Shown: piece after piece, positions 56,353-64,000 of the stretch
Layout: each line of letters opens with the position of its first letter
How positions within the stretch are numbered: position 1 is the stretch's first letter
From: Eledone cirrhosa
Taxonomy: Eukaryota
Direction of reading: 5' to 3'
Length of the DNA stretch: 64,000 nucleotides
Assembly: GCA_964016885.1 (NCBI GenBank)
Contig: OZ024743.1
Coordinates: forward strand, 155,000,001-155,064,000
Notes under the pieces: model-generated
Told to the model about the DNA's origin: nothing
Database searches by the model: none
The model's input: only the letters and a program-made list of their open reading frames with translations
Translations under genes and position numbers: made by a program

Positions 56353-59300
56353 TGCTTCTTTTATTTGCCACCAGGGCATCAAAAGTGGGACAAGTACAAT
56401 GGGGGGGAGTTTACAAAACAAGGCGTCCTCAATAAGGAGGAGGCAATAACAATATATAAAAATAAAATAAAATATAACAAAAAATAAAATTTATAACAAA
56501 GTCCTCAATAGAGAGGAGGCGCCTTGGGGGGTCGCACACACCCCCGAAAAAAGTGTGCAACCCTTCTCCTCAGGAGCACAGAGAAAAGGTGCTCCCTTGG
56601 TCTTTCATCTTCCTCACCTATAGTCTGATGTAGAGTGAAGGCCCAATCACACGGGCCATTCTCGCCACTTTCACCCATCTTTCATAGAAACGGCTGGGGT
56701 GCAGCACCTCTCTCTCCATCCTGATCCTTCTTCCGAAATGATATCGGAAGAAACGTACCAGTTGTTGGCCAGAGAGAAAGGTGTCTGACCTCAGTCCTTT
56801 CAGACGCGTCCACCATACAACCTCTTTCGCCATGGCTATTACGCACAGAAACACCGCCTCTCCTTCGTTTTTGAAGAGGGGAGGCGGCTTGATCGTTACA
56901 ATAGACTCGGTGGTCAACCAGATTGGTCCCACCCTTGACAGCAGTTGTTCGACATAACCCCACAGATCGGCAATGCCCGAGCAGTGTACCAATGCGTGTG
57001 CAACGGTTTCCTCGTCGCACGCGCATCTGGGACAGATCTTTTTCGATGGGTCCCTACCCGGGCGCCCGTGTCTGTAGAGCCTTTCTCGAACGGGCAGAGC
57101 CCTTCTGTAGCATTGCCAGGCCAGGGACCTCTGGAAGTTGTCCATGGGTCCCGGGCTGAATGTCCTACCGAACAGGTTGGCCAGTTCGTCTTCCTCCATG
57201 CCTAGGGCTTCTCCGAGGGCGTCGTCGCACCTGCTAACCACCAGCCCTCTATAGAATGACGAGGTGGATTCTCCACTGAAAGCCGGGTCCGCCTGCCAGA
57301 GAGCCGTGAGTGCCTGGGCACACTCGGTGTGCCAGGCGCCCAGTTTTCTCGGTCTTTGCTTGACCCAGGATTGCAGCTCGGTGAGTGAGACGAGTCTGGG
57401 AAAGGCTCGCCTCACAAACGGGGCCCACACCGGTTGACCGGAGAGGAATACCTGAAGGTGCCGTAGCCTTAATGCGTGTTTACGTATCATTAGCCACGGC
57501 ATCCTCAGCCCTCCTTTCGAAGGGTGTTGACAGCAGATGGATCTCCTCACCATAGGAGCCCGCTTCTTCCAAAGGAATAGGAAGAGTGCGCGCTCCATTT
57601 TGGCGAGCGTTTCCCTTGGGCATGGCACAACGGTCAGGCGGTAGTAGATGACGGACGCTATATAAGTGTTCGCCACCTCCGCCCGTCCTTTCATGGATAG
57701 TTTGCACTCGGCCCACTTCTGGGTCAGTGCAAAGACCCTGTTCGTCACCTCACCGCAGTTCTTCTCCACCTGGAGGTCTGGTCCGAACCAGACCCCGAGC
57801 AACTTCGCCGGGCCCTCCGTCCAGCGCCCGACGACGCCATCGGAGGGCATCGATCTGCCCCTGCACGTGCCGAGTTGCAGACCGATCGACTTGTACCGGT
57901 TCAGCTTAGCCCCTGTAAAAACTTCGTACTCCTCCAGTAAGGTGCCGATCGCCCTGATTTCCGAGGCCGTCGACACCATTACTGTTACGTCATCGGTGTA
58001 GGCTGACACCGCTTTCCGCAATCCCGGTTCCAACGGGATGCCCTGCAAAAACTCCAACTTCCGCAGCAGTGGCTCTAGAGTCATTACATACAGAAGGGAG
58101 GAGAGAGGGCACCCCTGTCGGATGGACCGCGCGATTTCGAACGGCTCCGAGAGGTAGCCGTTCACCTTGACCCTAGAGCAGATGCGGCCGCTGTGCATGG
58201 CATTGATCCAGCCCCTGAAAACGGGTCCGAAGCCTGCCGCCGCTAGCACCGCATCCAGGTAACCATGGTCGACCCTATCGAATGCCTTAGATTGATCCAA
58301 GTTGATCAGGGCCCCACCAAAGCCGGGTTCGTTCCCAACCCTCTCTATGATGTATCGCATGAGGTGGAGGTTATCGTGGATGGACCTGAACGGGATAGCA
58401 CATGTCTGCGCATCTCCCACCAGGTTGCCCACGACAAGCGCCAACCTCTTTGCTAGCACCTTGGCCAAAATCTGTAACTCTGTATTTAGCAGAGTTATGG
58501 GCCTGCAATTATTTATATCGTCCCCCTTGTTCTCGTCCATCCTCACTAGCGTGACTACGCCCTTGGTCACAGCACAGGGAATTCTCCCGTTCTGTTGCCA
58601 GTTGCAGTAGACCGCCTCGAGGAGTTCGGGGAACAAGTCCGGCATTGCTAGATATAGTTCGTATGGAAGACCATCGAGACCCGGGGATTTGCGTTTGCCG
58701 CATTGGCTCAGCACGTCCTCTATCTCAGCGGCTGAAATCGGCTCCTCGCAGGACTTCGCCTCCCTGTCAAGAGAGACGCGGCAGGCCATCGAGGTATGGA
58801 CCGAAGTCCACGTCCCCAACCGCCCCTCCGCCCCTTCCGAACAATCCGGCAAAGTGCTTTTGAAAAGCCTCGCACATCTGCTTAGGTTCAAGAATCACCC
58901 GTCCATCCTGGTCTCGCAAATATCTGGATCTGCTCCCTCTTTTGGCTTCTGTCACGCGGGCCCAGCTAACAGCTTTGGTCCCCTCGTTTCCCAGAGCACG
59001 TATTTTGCTTCGGACGATGCAGCCTTCGTGTTTCGCGTCGAAGAACTGGCCCAGGGCCGTTCTCGACGCTAGCACTCTGGCCACGTCGCCGCTTCTAATT
59101 GCCTCTTCTACAATATCTACCAACTCCCTTTCCTTCCTATTTCTATTTGAGGCTAACTCCTTACTAAATTCTATAGAGACTACTCTAATCTCTCTTTTGA
59201 GAGATCCCACCACCTGCTGTTGACGATGGCGCCCGTCAACCGCTCCTTAACTAAACTGGAAATCCGGTTCCTGTAAGCCTTACTTGCCGGTAAGGACAAG

Positions 59301-60047
59301 TTGAGCTTCCAGTAACCAGGTCCCTGTCTATGAGTTCTGTCAAGATTGACCATGCAGGTCACTAATTTGTGGTCTGAATAGCCAACCATGCGCATTTTTG
59401 GACAACTTAAAAAGTCCTTATCCTTAATTCTAACTAAGAACCTATCTAGGTACGACCTAGATGATCCGCTACGATTTGCCCAAGTCCAGGTTGGCGCAGT
59501 CGGAAAATCTAGTCGATATCTATCGGCCAGGTCAAATCGACCGATTAACCCTTTGAGGATATTACACCCCTCTCTATCGGGGCAGGCCCCTACGTAATCC
59601 CAGCGTTCATCTAGGATACCATTCCAGTCCCCCACTAATAACAAGGAGCGGGACGTCCCTAGAAAAGTCTCCAGACGATGGAAGAAGTCCGGCCGCATTG
59701 AACCGAAAGGGCCGTAGGCGGCTACCAACCTAAACGCTCCGCCTTTACCACTGCCAAGGTCCAGAACCACTATTCGACCCTCCGGGTCCAAATGTACTAT
59801 CTGTGTTGCGAGACCCAGATGTTTTTGCAGCAGAACGACAACTCCACCCCCACCACCGGGCTGACAGAGAGATGCGTGCATCTCAAAGTCATCAAAGGCG
59901 GGGGCCAGCTGTCGCACGTTGCTGATCCGGGCCTCGCAAATAACCTTCACATCTATACGTTGTGACCTGAGGTCATTTAGAAGCATTGCTTGCTTCCAAG
60001 TTGAGCCCAGGCCACGCGCATTTAAACAGCCTACTCTTACCATAGCC
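56353..60047 (-). mobile_element. L1/Tx1-type non-LTR retrotransposon (ORF2 plus 3'UTR)
   Basis: APE, RT and C-terminal zinc finger; AATAAA at 56365-56360; 15-bp TSD atagataaatagata at 56338-56352 and 60048-60062; GC-rich against an AT-rich background. Confidence 0.93.
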
Positions 60048-60049
60048 AT
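56618..60049 (-). pseudogene. LINE ORF2 (endonuclease-reverse transcriptase) split by two frameshifts (about 59200 and 58770)
   Basis: APE motifs CLNARGL, VGDWN, SYLDRFL, YSDHK; RT motifs KSPGLDGLP, RPITLLN, LDQSKAFDRVDH, IRQGCPLS, AYTDDVTV; zinc finger CPRC..ETVAHALVHC. Confidence 0.92.
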
Positions 60050-60165
60050 AGATAAATAGATAAATGGATAGATGGCTATATCCTGTTATAGATAATTGTT
60101 TTAATGAGTTATGAGGGATATTGGTTCATGTTTAAAGTAAGTAATTAAGTTAACTGTGTTAATAA

Positions 60166-60435
<270 letters not shown>

Positions 60436-60454
60436 TATATATTTATTTACATAT

Positions 60455-62347
60455 ATATATTTTAAATATTTTAAAATGGGAAGAGACGGCATAAAACTCA
60501 AGTTTTGTTTATTTAATAGTTTTTATGAGACCGTTTCGTCAAAATAAGTTTACATTTTAAATATATATTTAGACTGAATTAGTTACTGGTTATATATCTA
60601 ATAAAAATATTAAAAAATGTTATTAAAATTTATTAAAGCATATTAAAAATTGCGGAAAAGTTTTTTTAAACATTTTAAAAATATTTCTAAAAAAATTAAA
60701 AAAATTTTAAAAACACTTAATAAATATTTTATAAGAGATACGTAGATTTATAAAAAAAATAAGTAATTTTTTAAAAATAAGTATTTTAAAAAATATATGA
60801 AAGATTTAAGAAGTAAAAAATTAAGAAAACAAAGATTTAGGCGGTGAAAAATAAAAAATAAAATATAAAGAATTAAGAAACCTAAAAAAATATTAAAATT
60901 AAAGCTAAAATTATAATTTATATTGAAGCTTTAAATAGAGCAGGCTATATAAATAAGATTAAATACATCGACAACAGTGATAAGGCAAATAACCCTACTA
61001 TTAATTATAATTACAATAAAAAATCTAACTTAAACTCTATAACTAACAGAAGAAATAGAACTAGAAATATAATTTGGTATTCACCTCCATTTTCATTAAC
61101 CTTTAACTAAGCTATTCTTTAAAGCACAAGATTAATATTTTCCTAAAGCCCATAGATACCACTCAATCGTTAACAGATATACAATAAAACTATATTACTC
61201 TACTACTATGAACATAGCACAAAATATAAATAGAATCAATAATAGAAACTTAAACCATAACCAAAATAGCAGTAATATCTCTACCAATATCCAAAATAAT
61301 ATGACCGTTCCGAATACCATTAACTCCGCTAAATGTAACTGTAGAATTAAATCAAACTGTCCTTTAAAAATAAGTGCTTAGATAAGGACGTGGTCTATAA
61401 ATGCACAGTTAAAAACTGTGATAATATATTCATCTATGTAGGCTCAACTTCGACAAACTTTAAAACTCGTTGGAATAATGACAAATGCTCGTTCAAAATA
61501 CCTGATAAAAAATCTCTAACTCCCCTATCAAACCTGATATGGAACTTAAAATCAAAAAATACGGAGTATTCTTTAACTTGGGAAATAATTTCATAAACCG
61601 GCATACTGAAACACAGCTTTATATACATTTTGCAAATTGTGTGTTGAGGAAATTTTCTTTATACTTCAATGTAAGAACTCTATTAATGTACGAATCAATT
61701 AATTTAGTTCTTGTAAACATCGCCTAAATTCAAGGTTTAGAGCTGTATATGGATTATACTTACACTTATAATATTTCTACTCTGTTTTAATATATTGTTT
61801 GCTATATTTTCACTTCTTATAATTTCACTTCTTAAAATTCTTAAATTATATACATATATGATCCTAAATTTTAAAATTTTAATTTTTTAATTTTAACTTT
61901 AATTTTAGTATTTTTTAAAGTTTTTTAATTCTTTATTTCTACTTTATTTATATTTTATATCTTAAATCTTTCATTCTTTTTATTTTTAACTTCTTAAACC
62001 TTTCATATATTTTTAAAATTACTTATTTTTTTAAAGATTACTTATTTTTTCTTATAAATCTACTTATCTCTTATGAAATATTTGTTTAAGGGTTTTCTAA
62101 ATTCTTTTAATTTCTTTAGAAATTTTTTAAAAATCTTTTAAAAAAATTTCCCGAATTTTTAATATTTTTAATATTTTTTAGAGAAATTGTTTAATATATT
62201 TTATTAGATTTATAACCACTAACTACTTTAGGATTTCAACATTTATATCTTTAAAATTTAAACTTATTTTGACAAAATGGTCTCATAATAGCTATTAAAT
62301 AAATAAAACTTGAGTTTTTTGCGTATCTCCCCATTTTAAAATATAAA

Positions 62348-62350
<3 letters not shown>
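60455..62350 (+). mobile_element. PLE with GIY-YIG remnant (61050-61730) flanked by inverted AT-rich pseudo-LTRs
   Basis: RNIIWYSPPFS, FPKAHRYHSIVNRYTIKLYYS, KCNCRIKSNCPL, VVYKCTV..IYVGSTSTNFKTRWNN..LSNLIWNLK..WEII. Arms 60455-60900 vs 61880-62350, with (TA)n on both sides. Confidence 0.85.
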
Positions 62351-62401
<51 letters not shown>

Positions 62402-62404
62402 GTG

Positions 62405-62490
<86 letters not shown>

Positions 62491-62520
62491 ATCAAATGAT
62501 GGTTAAAGGAGTTCCATGTA

Positions 62521-62587
62521 TGTTATAATGCGCATTTCAAAAACAAACATCATCATGCAATAATATTTGTGTTTTCTTCAGATAAAA
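62521..62587 (-). ncRNA. Type I hammerhead ribozyme motif
   Basis: TTTTAT-CTGAAGA-(hairpin)-GAAAT-GCGC-ATT-ATAACA. Confidence 0.75.
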
Positions 62588-62719
62588 CAGGAGAACATGA
62601 TATGAAGTCTAAAAAACACTTGTGGATAGTGCAGTTTTAAATCAACAGTTTAAATCATATGTTGATTTAAAACTGCACTATCCACAAGTGTTTTTTAGCC
62701 TTCATATCATGTCCTCCTG

Positions 62720-62786
62720 TTTTATCTGATGAAAACACAAATATTATTGCATGATGATGTTTGTTTTTGAAATGCGCATAATAAAA
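62720..62786 (+). ncRNA. Type I hammerhead ribozyme motif
   Basis: TTTTAT-CTGATGA-(hairpin)-GAAAT-GCGC-ATA-ATAAAA. Confidence 0.85.
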
Positions 62787-62911
62787 TACATGGAACTCCT
62801 TTAACCATCTTTTGATCTTATATATTATGTATACTCCAGTCCTACAAACTGTAGAGTGCTTCTTATCCGATATCTGCATTGCTTTATTGTACTACAATAA
62901 CACTCACCTCC

Positions 62912-62942
<31 letters not shown>

Positions 62943-62993
62943 TCTTATTAACACAGTTAACTTAATTACTTACATTAAATATAAGCCAATATA

Positions 62994-63083
62994 TAACTTT
63001 GCCTTTCATCCTTATGGGGTCGATAAAATAAAGTACCAGTAATACACTGGGTAATTGCTGGCCTTGTGCCAAAAGTAGAAACA
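62994..63083 (+). mobile_element. 5'-truncated SINE with TSD
   Basis: Core and tail of the 3263 family. 20-bp TSD attaaatataag(c/a)caatata at 62974-62993 and 63084-63103. Confidence 0.88.
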
Positions 63084-64000
63084 ATTAAATATAAGACAAT
63101 ATACCTCATAACTCATTAAATCAATTATCTATAACACTATATACCCATCTATCCATTTAACTATTTATCTATTTATCTATTTAATGATGTATTATTTTAT
63201 TTTTCTATTTGTTTTTCTTTTTATTTTGCTACTTATTTTTCTATCTATCTATTTTTCTATCTATTTATTCTTCTATTTACCTATTTTTCTATCTATTTAT
63301 TTTTCCATATATTTTTCTATCTAATTTTCATATATATTTATTTTTATACATATATATATTTATTTTTCCATCTTCTCATAACAGTAAATATTATATTAGA
63401 AAAGAATTCTAACAACTAAATAATAGTAAATATACGTACCATTACTAGATATATACTTAAAATTTAGTCCCCCATATTTACGGTACATGAGTTCTATTCA
63501 TCCTCTTGGAATGTTATTCTCTCTATCTATCTCGTAATATTAATATATTTTCTCTCTTTCTTCCCTTTCTTTCTCCAGTGTCATTTAAATAACGGTTGTT
63601 TTTCAATTATTTACACATTCATTTGCATATTCACACATAAGTTTAAATAATCCCTAAATTGTTTCCACTATGAAGTGAATTTCCAACCGATAATAGTGCC
63701 TTGTGTGCCCTTGAAAGATATATAATAAAATAAATATGGTTTTATAAATATAGTTTCCATTTATTCAATATCATGGTATATATATATATATACATCGAAT
63801 TATAAAAGGCACTCGCAAAAGCACTCAAAGATGAGAGACATTAACATATTTTTACCCGGCGTGAACACAAAAATTAATGAGGTGTAAGGTGACCAAATCA
63901 TGCTGTTACATTAATATAACAGAATCGATATATACAAACAGGTCAAACAATAATCTTGACCATCTTGGGAGGACAGTAATCGATGAAAATCAGCCGACTG

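Larger units (their letters stand above)
62488..62915. mobile_element. Fold-back HHR element in (TA)n
   Basis: Arms 62488-62646 and 62660-62820. The 3' extension matches 43070-43190 and the arm matches 10270-10428. Confidence 0.88.

Noticed and set aside
56682-59597. Overlapping alternative-frame and antisense ORFs inside the LINE
   Set aside because: Shadow ORFs of GC-rich coding sequence.

Overview
AT-rich, microsatellite-dense eukaryotic DNA. The SINE family, the (TA)n/(CA)n load and the retroelement mix suggest a cephalopod (Octopus-like) intronic or intergenic region; this is an inference. Almost all ORFs in the supplied track are microsatellite artefacts. Recognisable content: (1) a 3.7-kb L1/Tx1-type LINE at 56353-60047 (-) encoding APE, RT and a zinc finger, with two frameshifts and a 15-bp TSD, plus several older fragments of related elements; (2) Penelope-like element (PLE) remnants with RT and GIY-YIG motifs; (3) RTE, CR1 and CRE-like LINE fragments; (4) tRNA-derived SINEs with TSDs; (5) a Helitron-like non-autonomous element. 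The most striking hidden signal is about 20 type I hammerhead ribozyme (HHR) motifs from roughly 10 unrelated short repeat families. Nearly all sit in 0.2-0.8 kb non-coding units inserted into (TA)n tracts as tandem or fold-back arrays. They show compensatory base changes between copies, palindromic helix III, and 5' junctions mapping just downstream of the predicted cleavage site, which is consistent with PLE pseudo-LTR or retrozyme-like elements. A few weak minus-strand exon candidates may belong to a host gene.
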